From an uncultured Nitrospiraceae bacterium (lineage in GTDB: Bacteria > Nitrospirota > Nitrospiria > Nitrospirales > Nitrospiraceae): a DNA stretch of 64,000 nt. Below, one piece after another: positions 29,367-39,888 of this stretch. The DNA lies in contig CAWJWJ010000002.1 in the NCBI GenBank assembly GCA_963846575.1, positions 1,664,001 through 1,728,000 of the forward strand, read 5' to 3'. The notes below the pieces were generated by a model that searched no databases, was not told the origin of the DNA, and saw only the letters and a program-made list of their open reading frames with translations. Position numbers and translations under genes: made by a program. Within the stretch, counting starts at the first letter, position 1; each line of letters starts with the position of its first letter.

Positions 29367-31238
29367 TCAGAGAAACCGCAATCGGGTCATGAACTCGTGT
29401 GGCACCGGACCGGTATGTTCAACCCTCAGGGTCGTGATGGGTTCCTTCGACCCATACCGTGTGGAGGCCCAGCCGCCGACCGGTTGCACGCTTCCCTCGC
29501 AGAGCCGGCTCGTCCCGCCCTCAATAGTAAGCAGGAGCGGCCTGGCGAACCCTTCCAACTGGTAGCCCCCGTCGACCGGCATGGGCCGGCAGCCCAGATG
29601 CCAGTTCAATTCCAGATGATGGACGCCGGTTCCCGTGAGCCAGTCCCAGATCATCCACGAGCCCGGGGGTTCATACGACACGCCGCGCAAATGGGTCACG
29701 CCCAATCGGTCCTTGTACCCGTAGTGCCGGGCAATAACCGTAATTTTGCCTTCGGGCGTCTCCTCCTTATAAACCAGATGGGTATCGAAAGGCAGCGACC
29801 AGGCCATCGGCCCATCCTGCAGCGCCTGGTCCAAGCCATCGATCACCACGGTGTTGTGCGCGCGCGTTCCCCGGAAGTACCGTCGCCACTGAACATCACC
29901 CGTGTAGGTATAGGTGCCGGGATCGAGCAGCACGTCGCGTGGTCCGATTTTGAGCAACAGGGAGAGCGCATCGGCATGCCCATGGGTATAGCGGGGAGGC
30001 ATGCCCAGCGCCCCATGGTCGAAAATCGCCTGGTCCGCCTCACGACCGCGAATAATCGAATAGCCGGAAAGATGGAAGGTTGTCAGCCCCGGCTGGTGCG
30101 GCTTGACGGGATTCGAAAAATGCAGACACGGCGATAGCGCCGTTTCATGCTCGCCATCTCCGATCCGGGGCAACGTGCCATCAGCGGGGCTGCGGAACTC
30201 GCTCAGAAACTCACAGCTGCGGTCGAACACCTGGCGGAGCTTCTCCGGAGCAGGCTCCCCCCGATGATCGAGCAATGCCAGAACCAGCCCGTGCAGATCG
30301 GTACTGAATTGGAGATATCCCAACCCCTGTTCCTGGCTGCCGCCGTCATGACTGATGTGCCGCGGAGTCTCCTCTTCCAGCAGATAATGACCGAATGCCA
30401 GCCACCGCTCCGACAGCGGCATCTCGGGAAACAGGCTCCCGGCATAGATCAGTGCCGTCGCAGCGGCCAACGTGTCGTGGGGAGTGGACAGCCGGAGCGA
30501 CAAGCGCTTCCGGATCAGTTCCGCATGGGCGGAGATGAGCGTGAGCACCGCCGGCCAGACCCGATCGGGAGCCTGTCGCCAGGCGCGGGTCAAATCCATG
30601 GCATAACAAACGGCCAGGATACGAAGGGCACATTCCGTCGGTGAGATGTAATGGATACCGATCAAAAACGGATTGGACTCGACCCAGGACAGGAGCTGGG
30701 TCTCACAGACCGCCACCGCCCGATGACGCCTTTCCGGGTCAGCCTGTTGCGCGGCGAGCGCCAGACGCACCAGATGCTGAAGGCGTGAGGCCTCCCAGGT
30801 AATGCGGATATCCCCGGCGGGTTTGCCTGTTTGGATCGGAATCTCAGTGAAAAACCGACGCGGCCAGGCATCTCCCGTGTCCGGGGCCCGGTGCCAGCAG
30901 GATCCATCGGCGCACCAGGTCCAGGGATACCCGAACACCGTCATGGATCCCTTGAGCAAGGCCTCCACTTGCGCATCGTCCGCCGGGACCCGCCAGGGCA
31001 GGGGAGGGAGGAGGGGCGTCGGACTTGTGCAGAACGAATAGGTCGACAGGTCCTGCGCCGTGAACCGGCGGTCGAACGAATGCCCCCTGAACCGTTGCTG
31101 CAAGTGCAGAAGGGAAAAGAAGCCGCGCTCCCTCGTCCGTCGCCACCATTCCGGCGGACCGGTCGCGGCGAGCGTCCTCACCGACGAGGCGAGGCGACGC
31201 GGCAGCACATCGGGATTGAAAGAAAACGTTACGCGCAA
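29367..31238 (-). CDS. Heparinase II/III-like protein
   Basis: WEASRLQHL, HGHADALS, DPGTYTY, AHNTVVIDG. Confidence 0.88.
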   Translation of the reverse strand: MRVTFSFNPDVLPRRLASSVRTLAATGPPEWWRRTRERGFFSLLHLQQRFRGHSFDRRFTAQDLSTYSFCTSPTPLLPPLPWRVPADDAQVEALLKGSMTVFGYPWTWCADGSCWHRAPDTGDAWPRRFFTEIPIQTGKPAGDIRITWEASRLQHLVRLALAAQQADPERRHRAVAVCETQLLSWVESNPFLIGIHYISPTECALRILAVCYAMDLTRAWRQAPDRVWPAVLTLISAHAELIRKRLSLRLSTPHDTLAAATALIYAGSLFPEMPLSERWLAFGHYLLEEETPRHISHDGGSQEQGLGYLQFSTDLHGLVLALLDHRGEPAPEKLRQVFDRSCEFLSEFRSPADGTLPRIGDGEHETALSPCLHFSNPVKPHQPGLTTFHLSGYSIIRGREADQAIFDHGALGMPPRYTHGHADALSLLLKIGPRDVLLDPGTYTYTGDVQWRRYFRGTRAHNTVVIDGLDQALQDGPMAWSLPFDTHLVYKEETPEGKITVIARHYGYKDRLGVTHLRGVSYEPPGSWMIWDWLTGTGVHHLELNWHLGCRPMPVDGGYQLEGFARPLLLTIEGGTSRLCEGSVQPVGGWASTRYGSKEPITTLRVEHTGPVPHEFMTRLRFL

Positions 31239-31649
31239 TGCATTGCCCTGAACTGGTTAGAGTCGAGTCATCTTCGCTGAACAAGTCTCTGTCCATTCGG
31301 CCCGGGGACCAACAAGTGCTACTGACGCCCACAGTACAATCGTCGGCTTCGGAGGTCAACGTCGAAATATCACGTAGAAGAGAGCCGCGACAGCCTCCCG
31401 GGGGTCGCGGTGGGGCGGCCACAGCGGTGTGAGATGAGACAGTGCAATGCATGCTTCAGCCTGCCGTGATCGTCGGGCCTCACAGAAAGAGGAACAAATA
31501 TGGTAAGAGGATGCGCGAAGACCTGAGGAACCGGGAAGTTCGCGAGAACCAAATCGACGGAATCCTTTTGGCAACGCCCCAAACACGATATACTGCAGGC
31601 CTGAACAGATCCACAGGCCATTGATCACAACCAGCCAGGACGTACTAAC

Positions 31650-32744
31650 GTGAAACGCATCGATCTCATTGCAGGGGCTCGTCCCAACTTCATGAAAATC
31701 GCGCCGATCATCGACGCGCTCAATGCGGCCAAAGACCGGGGCGGACATCTGCGGTTTCGCCTCATCCATACGGGCCAGCATTACGACCGCGCCATGTCCG
31801 GCAGCTTCTTCGAAGAACTCGGCATTCCCGATCCGGACATCAACCTCGAGGTGGGTTCCGGCACCCAGGCCGAGCAGACCGCCGGCATCATGGTGGCGTA
31901 CGAGAAGGTCCTGCTGAAAGAGAAGAGCGACCTGTGCCTGGTCGTGGGCGACGTCACCTCCACGATGGCCTGTTCCATCGCGGCTCGCAAGCTGGGGCTG
32001 CCGGTCGCCCATGTCGAAGGCGGCATCCGCTCCGGTGATTGGACCATGCCCGAAGAGATCAACCGCGTCGCCACCGACTCCCTCACCAACTGGTTCTTCA
32101 CCACCAGCGACACCGCCAACGACAATCTTCGCCGATCCGGTGTGGGAGACGACCGCATCTTCTTCGTCGGCAACACCATGATCGATACCCTGCTCAAGCA
32201 GTTGCCACGCCTGCGTCCACCCGCCTGCTGGGATCAACTCAAGCTCCAGCCGAACGGGTACTTTGTCATTACCCTGCATCGCCCGGCCAATGTGGACGGG
32301 GAGCAGCAGTTGCTGCGCCTGCTCCATGCCATTGCCGACGGGACTCGCGGCTTGCCCGTCATCTTTCCCGTGCATCCACGCACCGCGAAAAATCTCCGCG
32401 AGCTCGATAGCAAAACGCCGCAATTGAATTACGTCGATCCTCTGGGCTACCTGGAATTCAATTATCTGGTGAAACATGCCCGCGGCGTCATCACCGATTC
32501 GGGCGGCATCACCGAAGAAACGACCGTGCTTGGCATTCCCTGCCTCACCCTGCGCGACAATACCGAACGCCCCGAGACCATCACGATCGGCACCAACGAG
32601 CTGATCGGGACCGACCCCGCCAAGCTGCCCCCGGCGCTCACCCGTTTAATGGCCGGCCAATGGAAAAAAGGCGCCATCCCGCCGCTGTGGGACGGTAAGG
32701 CCGCGGAGCGGATCATCGGGCATCTGGAGCGTCTGTTGCGCTGA
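31650..32744 (+). CDS. wecB: UDP-N-acetylglucosamine 2-epimerase (non-hydrolysing)
   Basis: GARPNFMK, HTGQHYD, HVEGGIRS, PEEINR, TDSGG. Confidence 0.96.
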   Translation: MKRIDLIAGARPNFMKIAPIIDALNAAKDRGGHLRFRLIHTGQHYDRAMSGSFFEELGIPDPDINLEVGSGTQAEQTAGIMVAYEKVLLKEKSDLCLVVGDVTSTMACSIAARKLGLPVAHVEGGIRSGDWTMPEEINRVATDSLTNWFFTTSDTANDNLRRSGVGDDRIFFVGNTMIDTLLKQLPRLRPPACWDQLKLQPNGYFVITLHRPANVDGEQQLLRLLHAIADGTRGLPVIFPVHPRTAKNLRELDSKTPQLNYVDPLGYLEFNYLVKHARGVITDSGGITEETTVLGIPCLTLRDNTERPETITIGTNELIGTDPAKLPPALTRLMAGQWKKGAIPPLWDGKAAERIIGHLERLLR

Positions 32745-32995
32745 TCGATCACTGAAGCAGCCCGGCGCGAGCCCCCGTTCACAGCATTCATGCAACAGTC
32801 GACACCTTCTACTTAATCTCTCTTCATTCCAGTCCGCGGCGCCGCCCATCAAACAAATCGGGATGCCAAAAGTCCCGCTCCACTTGTATTACTTTTTCTA
32901 CCGCTTCTCAAGCATTGCCTCAGGAGTACCAGATGCGAGGGACGAGATTGTTTTATGATGAGACAGGTTCGGCCTCGGATACGTACTAGTGCTGT

Positions 32996-33679
32996 TTGGG
33001 ATTCTCGCAACAGGCTCCGCGCATCACCGCCAAGCTCCTGGCTCAGGCCGCCATCGACCGGAGAAGGAACAAGATCCTGCCGCTCGCCGCCCATGAAGAC
33101 CTGCAGTCCATCATCTCGGCCCCTGAAGAAGCCGGCGAGCCTACGGCCTCCCTCGCCGCACCGCCACTGCCGGCCGATCCCTTGCCGGGCGATGCGGCTC
33201 TGGCCGGGACGGATGCGGAGTCCTCCTACCAGGCGGGACTCACGCTCCGACGCTCCCGGGATTTCAAAGGGGCGATTGAACAATTCGAGCGGGCCGCGCT
33301 CCATTCGGCCTATCGCTTGAAGGCGTTCGGTCAGATCGGTCTTTGCTACAAGGCCATGGGAGAACCACACCGAGCCGTCCTGGCGTTCCGAAAGGCCATG
33401 GCCCATCAATCTCCGCTCCGTCAGGACAACCTCAGCCTGCGGTACCTCCTCGGTACCACGCTCGAACAACTGGGAGATATGCCGGAGGCCATCGAACAGT
33501 ACCAGAAGATTTCCCGGACGGATCGCGGCTTTAAGGACGTGGTGGTCCGCCTCTCGCGCCTGGAGGACTCGCGCCTGTCCACGGAACCCTGGCGCCGACC
33601 CGCCTCGGTGTCGTTCATGGGCAAGGCCTGGAAGAACCTGCGGCAGATTCTGCAGCAACGGACAGAGCCGCGCATCTGA
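32996..33679 (+). CDS. TPR-repeat protein
   Basis: Three TPR-like helical repeats; start (TTG) uncertain. Confidence 0.7.
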   Translation: MGFSQQAPRITAKLLAQAAIDRRRNKILPLAAHEDLQSIISAPEEAGEPTASLAAPPLPADPLPGDAALAGTDAESSYQAGLTLRRSRDFKGAIEQFERAALHSAYRLKAFGQIGLCYKAMGEPHRAVLAFRKAMAHQSPLRQDNLSLRYLLGTTLEQLGDMPEAIEQYQKISRTDRGFKDVVVRLSRLEDSRLSTEPWRRPASVSFMGKAWKNLRQILQQRTEPRI

Positions 33680-33779
33680 GTTCCACAAGGGCAAGCCTCA
33701 TCCATCGGAATGGTCTCTCATCGGAGTTCATGTTCGATCCAGGTTGGCGTATACTCCGACTGTCTCAGAGCAGTAATCC

Positions 33780-35930
33780 ATGAAACAAATTGTTCAACAG
33801 AACCGTTCCGGCCTGGTGAAAGTCGAGGACGTTCCTCCACCGTCGCTTCGAGGTGCCGGCCTGCTCGTACTCAACGAGGTTTCGCTCATCAGTCCGGGCA
33901 CTGAAAAATCCACCGTGCAGAGCGCACAAAAGAACCTGCTCGGCAAAGTGCTGGAACGCCCGGAACGGCTCAAAAAGGTCCTGACCGCCATCCGCAACGA
34001 CGGACTCACCGATACCATCAAACGTGTCTTCGACAAGCTGGACACCTCTTCTGCCCTGGGGTACAGCAGCGCCGGGACGGTCATCGAGGTGGGAAAGGAT
34101 GCGGGGGTTTTTTCCGCCGGTGATCGTGTCGCCTGTGCGGGACAGAATTACGCATCACATGCCGAGATGATCTATGTGCCGAAACACCTGTGCGTGAAGA
34201 TACCGGAGGGGGTGGAGAGTGAAGACGCCTCGTTCGTGACGCTCGGGGCGATCGCATTGCAAGGGATTCGTCAGGCGGAGCCTCGTCTGGGAGACCGGAT
34301 CGCCGTGATCGGTCTCGGCCTCCTGGGGCAGCTGACAGTGCAGATGCTAAAGGCATCGGGCTGCCGCGTACTCGGGTCTGATCTGGACCTCTCCAAATTG
34401 GAACTCGCCCGGCAGCTCGGCGCGGACGCGGCGGTGGCCTCCACCGGTTTGGTTGAGGCAGCCGGATCCTTTTCAGATGGCCAGGGCGTGGATGCCGTCA
34501 TCCTTACGGCGAGCACGAAAGACAATGGTCCGATTGAGATGGCCGGTGAGATCGCCAGGAAAAAGGGCAGGGTGGTAGTTGTCGGCGCTGTAGGGATGAA
34601 CCTTCCCAGGGAACCCTACTACAAGAAGGAACTGGAACTGCGGCTCTCGATGTCCTACGGCCCGGGTCGGTATGACAGTCACTACGAAGAACAGGGGCAC
34701 GACTACCCATTCGGGTATGTGCGCTGGACGGAGCAACGCAACATGCAAGCGTTCCTCGAACTTGTGGCGGAACGCAAAATCAGGCTGAAGCCGCTGATCA
34801 CCCATCGGTTCTCCATTGAACAGGCCGAAGCGGCCTACTCTCTGATGATGGACGGGACTACTCCCTATATGGGCATGGTGATCACCTATCCCTCCGATCG
34901 CGCCACACCATTGCCACGAACGATCCCCGTGACGTCCCAACCATCCGGGCAGGCCGTCAGCCTCGGAATCATTGGCGCAGGCAACCATGTGAAAGACATG
35001 TTGCTTCCGCCCCTTCAGACCCTGCAGAACGTGACGATTCGCGGGATCTGCAGCGCCACGGGAATGACGGCCAAAGCACTCGCCGACAAGCTCAAAGCGG
35101 CCTACTGCACCAGTGATGTCCAGGCCATTCTAGATGACGCGATGATCAACACGGTCGTGATCGGCACCCGGCACGACAGCCACGGATCACTCGTGGTGAA
35201 AAGCCTTCTGGCCGACAAACATGTCTTCGTCGAAAAACCTCTGTGTCTGACGCAGGTGGAGCTGCACGACATTCGCGCGGCCTACGAAAAGAAAGCATCC
35301 GACGGACGCCACCTGATGGTCGGTTTCAACCGGCGATTCTCGCCCCATGCGGCACAAGCTCGCACGTTCTTCGCGTCAAGAGCCAATCCGCTGGTCATGC
35401 TGTATCGAATCAACGCCGGTCGCATCCCGAAAGAGCATTGGGTGCAGGATCCTGACGTGGGAGGGGGCCGCATCATCGGAGAAATCTGTCATTTTGTCGA
35501 TTACATGCAGTCCCTCTGCGCAGCGCTTCCGCTGTCGGTCTATGCCGCCAGAATCGGGCGGCATAGCTCCGGCATCACGGATGATCAATGCAGCATCTCC
35601 ATCACCTTCGGAGATGGATCCATCGGTACCATCATGTATACAGCCGGGGGAAACGCCGGAGTGCAGAAAGAACGCTTCGAGGCCCACGCGGACGGCCGAT
35701 CGCTCGTCATGAACGACTTCATCGAAACAATCACCTATGAAGGCACGAAGAGCCATGTCTTCAAAACTGCCAAACGCGAGAAGGGATTCGCGGAGGAACT
35801 GACGCAGTTCGCGCGCGCTATCGACCAGGGACTCCCTCCGGTCGTTCCATTCGACCACCTCGAAGCAGTGACGCGTACCTGTCTACTTGCCGTGCAGAGC
35901 CTCCGGTCCGGCTCTCTCCTCCATCTCTAG
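33780..35930 (+). CDS. Bi-domain oxidoreductase (MDR alcohol dehydrogenase-like + Gfo/Idh/MocA), polysaccharide biosynthesis
   Basis: SLISPGTE, GLGLLG, SYGPGRYD, GAGNH, EKP, GFNRRF. Confidence 0.92.
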   Translation: MKQIVQQNRSGLVKVEDVPPPSLRGAGLLVLNEVSLISPGTEKSTVQSAQKNLLGKVLERPERLKKVLTAIRNDGLTDTIKRVFDKLDTSSALGYSSAGTVIEVGKDAGVFSAGDRVACAGQNYASHAEMIYVPKHLCVKIPEGVESEDASFVTLGAIALQGIRQAEPRLGDRIAVIGLGLLGQLTVQMLKASGCRVLGSDLDLSKLELARQLGADAAVASTGLVEAAGSFSDGQGVDAVILTASTKDNGPIEMAGEIARKKGRVVVVGAVGMNLPREPYYKKELELRLSMSYGPGRYDSHYEEQGHDYPFGYVRWTEQRNMQAFLELVAERKIRLKPLITHRFSIEQAEAAYSLMMDGTTPYMGMVITYPSDRATPLPRTIPVTSQPSGQAVSLGIIGAGNHVKDMLLPPLQTLQNVTIRGICSATGMTAKALADKLKAAYCTSDVQAILDDAMINTVVIGTRHDSHGSLVVKSLLADKHVFVEKPLCLTQVELHDIRAAYEKKASDGRHLMVGFNRRFSPHAAQARTFFASRANPLVMLYRINAGRIPKEHWVQDPDVGGGRIIGEICHFVDYMQSLCAALPLSVYAARIGRHSSGITDDQCSISITFGDGSIGTIMYTAGGNAGVQKERFEAHADGRSLVMNDFIETITYEGTKSHVFKTAKREKGFAEELTQFARAIDQGLPPVVPFDHLEAVTRTCLLAVQSLRSGSLLHL

Positions 35931-36143
35931 ACAGCTCAACATTCAGCGCCCGTTCAACCTCGGTATGAGCATCCAGTTGTTCTCACCGGATACCTCTCTA
36001 GCGCGTCCAAGACAGAGCAGGCCTGACATTGTCTATGTAGCCCGTAGCGAAGACCGAGCCGGCGATGATGCTTGCTTGGCAGGATCCTTGTACCGAGGTA
36101 TCTAGGAATCCGCGCTCCCTCTGCATCCTAAAGTGACCTCCCC

Positions 36144-36171
36144 TCAAGTTTCTCCTTCCCTGAGCCGATCA
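36144..36171 (+). promoter_or_regulatory. sigma28 promoter before an orphan response regulator
   Basis: TCAAG(TTT)-N15-GCCGATCA. Confidence 0.75.
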
Positions 36172-36191
36172 GGCAGGAGGGGAGTGTCTCC

Positions 36192-36971
36192 GTGAGTCTC
36201 GAAATCATTCAAATCGTCGAAGACGATCAAAGCCAGGCCAGGTTGTTGGATCAGATTCTCCGGCAGGCTTCGTTCCGGACCAATGTCGCGTTCGATGGTC
36301 CATCCGCCATGCAGGACGTCTGGCGCATCAAACCGGCCTTGATCGTGGCCGACGACAACCTGCCCGGGCTGACCGGACGGGAGATCTGCAAACGATTACG
36401 CCAGGACCCTTCCACCAGGCATCTGCCGATCATCGTCATGTCGGGGTATGCCTCGGAAGAACGCCGCGCTGAGGCCCTTGATGTCGGGGCGGACGATTTC
36501 ATCATGAAACCCTACGGAGCCGTTGAACTGGTAGCCCGCGTGCGCGCGCTGCTTCGGCGCTGCCAACAGGGGCAGGGCCAGGAAGAGGAGCTGGGAGAGG
36601 ACCTTGAATTTTCGGACAGGCTCTATGTGGCGATCTACCGGGGCCGACGGCTCACGCTCTCCCTTCGAGAATGGAAAACCTTGCGACGACTGGTGGGTAC
36701 GGTGGGACACGTCGTGCCTCGCGAGGAACTCAAGGCACTTCTCTGGGACGACGACATTGTCCTGCATGACGGCGAACTTGACTGTTGTATCGAAGAGCTC
36801 AACCGCAAGCTGGGAGGGGAGGGCGGGACGGTCGGAAAAATTGAGCTGGTTCTGGGCGGTGGCTATCGCTTGGCGACGCCCCCGTCAGAGATGAGAGATG
36901 CCCTGCCCCCTCAGCAGGTCGGTCCGGTTGATCCCGCTCCAGCACACTCGGCTTCTGCTCCGATCGTCTGA
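36192..36971 (+). CDS. OmpR-family response regulator with a divergent winged-helix domain
   Basis: VEDD, ADDNLPG, KPY receiver; GGGYRL tail. Confidence 0.85.
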   Translation: MSLEIIQIVEDDQSQARLLDQILRQASFRTNVAFDGPSAMQDVWRIKPALIVADDNLPGLTGREICKRLRQDPSTRHLPIIVMSGYASEERRAEALDVGADDFIMKPYGAVELVARVRALLRRCQQGQGQEEELGEDLEFSDRLYVAIYRGRRLTLSLREWKTLRRLVGTVGHVVPREELKALLWDDDIVLHDGELDCCIEELNRKLGGEGGTVGKIELVLGGGYRLATPPSEMRDALPPQQVGPVDPAPAHSASAPIV

Positions 36972-37636
36972 CACCTGCAAGTTCGTCATCACTGCCTGCT
37001 CTTCAAATTGTTATACACCGCTCCGGCTTTTCATCCTGAATTCACCCCTGCGCATGACCTCGCTTAATCTCTAAGCCTCCCCGATTGAAGCCCCAAGACA
37101 TGAAGCCGGTTGCGGTGGCGTTACACCATCGACACGGCGGTCAGATTGGAAGCGATCATTCGCTCATACATTATGCATAACGTTAAGTATGTACCTCTCG
37201 AATGATCGGGCCTGGCCATGAGTGGATCCCGCTATCTTGATTACTCTGCCGGAGGATGGGCAGGTCAGGTCGTCTCCCGGAGGCTTCAGGCGCTCCGACG
37301 GTGATTCCCGGCTACACCTTCCTGTCGATAATTGCAGCGATACTTTAACTATAGATTAACGGTTCAGCGCCCAGATCAGGCCGGAGCAACAGCTCCTCCG
37401 TATCCAAACAACGCCGCGGCTGGGCAACGCCGCTCCGTTTTCGATTGCCGCGCGAGCCAACCCTTGCACGGTACTTTGAGAGGCTGTATGTATAGGGAGA
37501 GCCGATTGTGGCAAAAATTATTCTTAACCCCCGAACCGGCAGAAGCGAGCCTGTCGCGAATACGGTGAGTTGATACTTTAACTAGTTGGGACTGCTATCT
37601 TCTTTGTGGCTGCTTCCTGATTATTACGGTTGATCA

Positions 37637-38134
37637 ATGGACATCATTTTATTCCGGCACGGGCTGGCGGTCGAAAGCCAGGAATGGTCCGGGGACGAAG
37701 AAAAAAGGCCCCTCACCGCCAAGGGGATCTCGCGCACCCGCCGGTCGGGCCGGGGCCTGTTCAATCTTCGGATCAATCCCACGCATCTCTTCTCCAGCCG
37801 TTTGACGCGGGCGCGTGAAACAGCCGTGATCTTACAGCGCCTGGTCCGTCCCAGGCTCACGGTCGACATCTGTAACGAACTGCTTCCCGGAACAGCACCG
37901 GAGCTACTGATTTCGTTGCTCGGCACATTACCTCCGGATTCGGTGGTCATCTGCATCGGCCATGAGCCTCACTTGAGCCTCACGGCAGGCATCTTGATGG
38001 CCGGCAGGCCCTGCGCCGGTCTTTCACTGAAAAAAGCGGGGGCCTGCCTCATCCAAGTGGAGAAACCGGTACGATCGGCAAGCGGCCGTCTCTTATGGTG
38101 GCTTACGCCGGGTCAGTTGCGGGCATTGGCCTAA
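37637..38134 (+). CDS. sixA: Phosphohistidine phosphatase
   Basis: RHG, RPLT..G, SS..RARETA, GHEP. Confidence 0.88.
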   Translation: MDIILFRHGLAVESQEWSGDEEKRPLTAKGISRTRRSGRGLFNLRINPTHLFSSRLTRARETAVILQRLVRPRLTVDICNELLPGTAPELLISLLGTLPPDSVVICIGHEPHLSLTAGILMAGRPCAGLSLKKAGACLIQVEKPVRSASGRLLWWLTPGQLRALA

Positions 38135-38328
38135 CTCACTCTCACGCAGGGCGCCATCCGTTTCCTGCGGCCAGCCTGCAGAACTTCACAGACAGTCCCG
38201 CCGGCAACAATTGCCGCCGCCCCGCGGGGTGGTGCGCCATTCATTCAGTCAATTCGTAGAATTGTCCGGGCGCTGGCGGAAGGAATGACGGCTGGGGCAG
38301 GTCGCCGCTCCGGGCGTGATCTATCCGG

Positions 38329-39882
38329 TCAGTGAGCCGGATCCTCCCGGGATGTCACCATGAACTGCACCGGCCGCTTGAATACCCATTCGAACAGATC
38401 GCTACGGGCGCGCGCGGCCCAGATTTCCAACTCCGCGTCACCGGCGACCTGCAGGACCATGATCACGGTCTTTCCGAGCTTGACGTCCACGCTCTGCACC
38501 ACGGAAAACTGACTGCGGTCCAGGCCGTCGGCGATGCGAAGCAAGGCCGACAATGATCTGACGATGCGCTGAGTTCCCTCCGGGAGCGCGACGAAGTCGT
38601 CGTGTTTGCGATGGGGCAACGCCCGTCGGTGGTACCGCGCGATATTCGCGATCAGGTCGATCTCGTCGGAGGTGAATCCCGAGAGATCGCTGTTCTTGAT
38701 GAGATAGTACGCATGCTTGTGGTGCTGTCGTGAATTGATCATGTAGCCGATATCGTGCAGGATGGCCGAGAATTCCAGCCATTCCCGCTCCCTCGGCCCG
38801 AATCCGTGCAATGATTTAGTTTGATCAAACAGACCCAGCGCAAGCCCCGCCACATGAATGGCATGTGTTTCGGACACATGGCATCGACGGGCAAGCGCCA
38901 GTATGTTCCGCTTGCGAACGTCCGGGATGTCCCGCTCAGCTTGAATGCCCTCATGGTGCCGCTGAATAAAATCGTAAATGATGCCTTCCCTGATCGCCTT
39001 GTCGCAAATCGTCAGTTCATCCCTGTCGAGCAATCCCAGGAGAATCCTCAGCACGGTGGAGGCGGGCAGCAGCGTATCGACACGCTTGGGGTCGAGCCCC
39101 GGAATGGCCAATCTGGTTTTCAGGGTGGCCGCCGCCAATCGTTTTTCGATGGCCGCGATCTCCTTCCGGGATATCTTCGCAAGATTCAATTGGGGCAGGG
39201 GACGGCCGGTTCGTTCCAGGCAGATGACTTCGGCCAGGTTGCCCGCCATCCCGGAGGTGGCGATGACCTGTTCGACTCGCTTGGTCTTGTAGGGGCCGAG
39301 GGCGCCCTTGAGCTGAGTGGTCACGGCCTCTTCCATCGCAGACATCATCGGCTTGGATGGAGGAGTCTTCGTGAGGTACAGATCCTTGAGACGGATCGCG
39401 CCGAGTTTCAGGCTCCGGGCATGGAACACCTGGTCCCGGTTGCCGACGATCAGTTCTACGGAACCGCCCCCGATATCGATCACGAGGGTGGGCCGATCGG
39501 GGAGCGCCACGCTGTTTTGCACGCCGAGAAAAATCAGGCGGGCTTCCTCGGCGCCCGTAATCACCCGCACCGTCAGCCCGGTTTGCTGCGCGACATGATC
39601 CAGGAATTCGCCGCCGTTGCGCGCTTCGCGCACGGCGCTCGTCGCCACGCCCTCGATGCGTTCATATCCCTTGTTTCGTGCAAGCGTGACGAGGTTTCTG
39701 ATGACCTCCAGACCACGCATCATGGCCTGGTCCGACAGACGGCGGGAGGTGAAGACGCCGTCGCCCAACCGGGTCATGTCCTTGAAGCGGTCGAGAATCT
39801 TGTAGGAATAGTCCGCCTGGACTTCGGCTAAAACCATATGGATGGAGTTAGTGCCGATGTCGAGGACGGCCAGTTTTGGCAT
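38329..39882 (-). CDS. ppx: Exopolyphosphatase (Ppx/GppA family with HD domain)
   Basis: DIGTNS, ATSAVRE, DIGGGSVE, LHDIG. Confidence 0.95.
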   Translation of the reverse strand: MPKLAVLDIGTNSIHMVLAEVQADYSYKILDRFKDMTRLGDGVFTSRRLSDQAMMRGLEVIRNLVTLARNKGYERIEGVATSAVREARNGGEFLDHVAQQTGLTVRVITGAEEARLIFLGVQNSVALPDRPTLVIDIGGGSVELIVGNRDQVFHARSLKLGAIRLKDLYLTKTPPSKPMMSAMEEAVTTQLKGALGPYKTKRVEQVIATSGMAGNLAEVICLERTGRPLPQLNLAKISRKEIAAIEKRLAAATLKTRLAIPGLDPKRVDTLLPASTVLRILLGLLDRDELTICDKAIREGIIYDFIQRHHEGIQAERDIPDVRKRNILALARRCHVSETHAIHVAGLALGLFDQTKSLHGFGPREREWLEFSAILHDIGYMINSRQHHKHAYYLIKNSDLSGFTSDEIDLIANIARYHRRALPHRKHDDFVALPEGTQRIVRSLSALLRIADGLDRSQFSVVQSVDVKLGKTVIMVLQVAGDAELEIWAARARSDLFEWVFKRPVQFMVTSREDPAH

Positions 39883-39888
39883 GGGCGT

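Noticed and set aside
32908..32935. sigma28-like TCAAG-N15-ACCAGATG before the TPR gene
   Set aside because: -10 box lacks the CCGA core seen in the six accepted sites
37161..37188. Possible dif (XerCD) site
   Set aside because: XerD-like arm matches 8/11 but the XerC arm does not match
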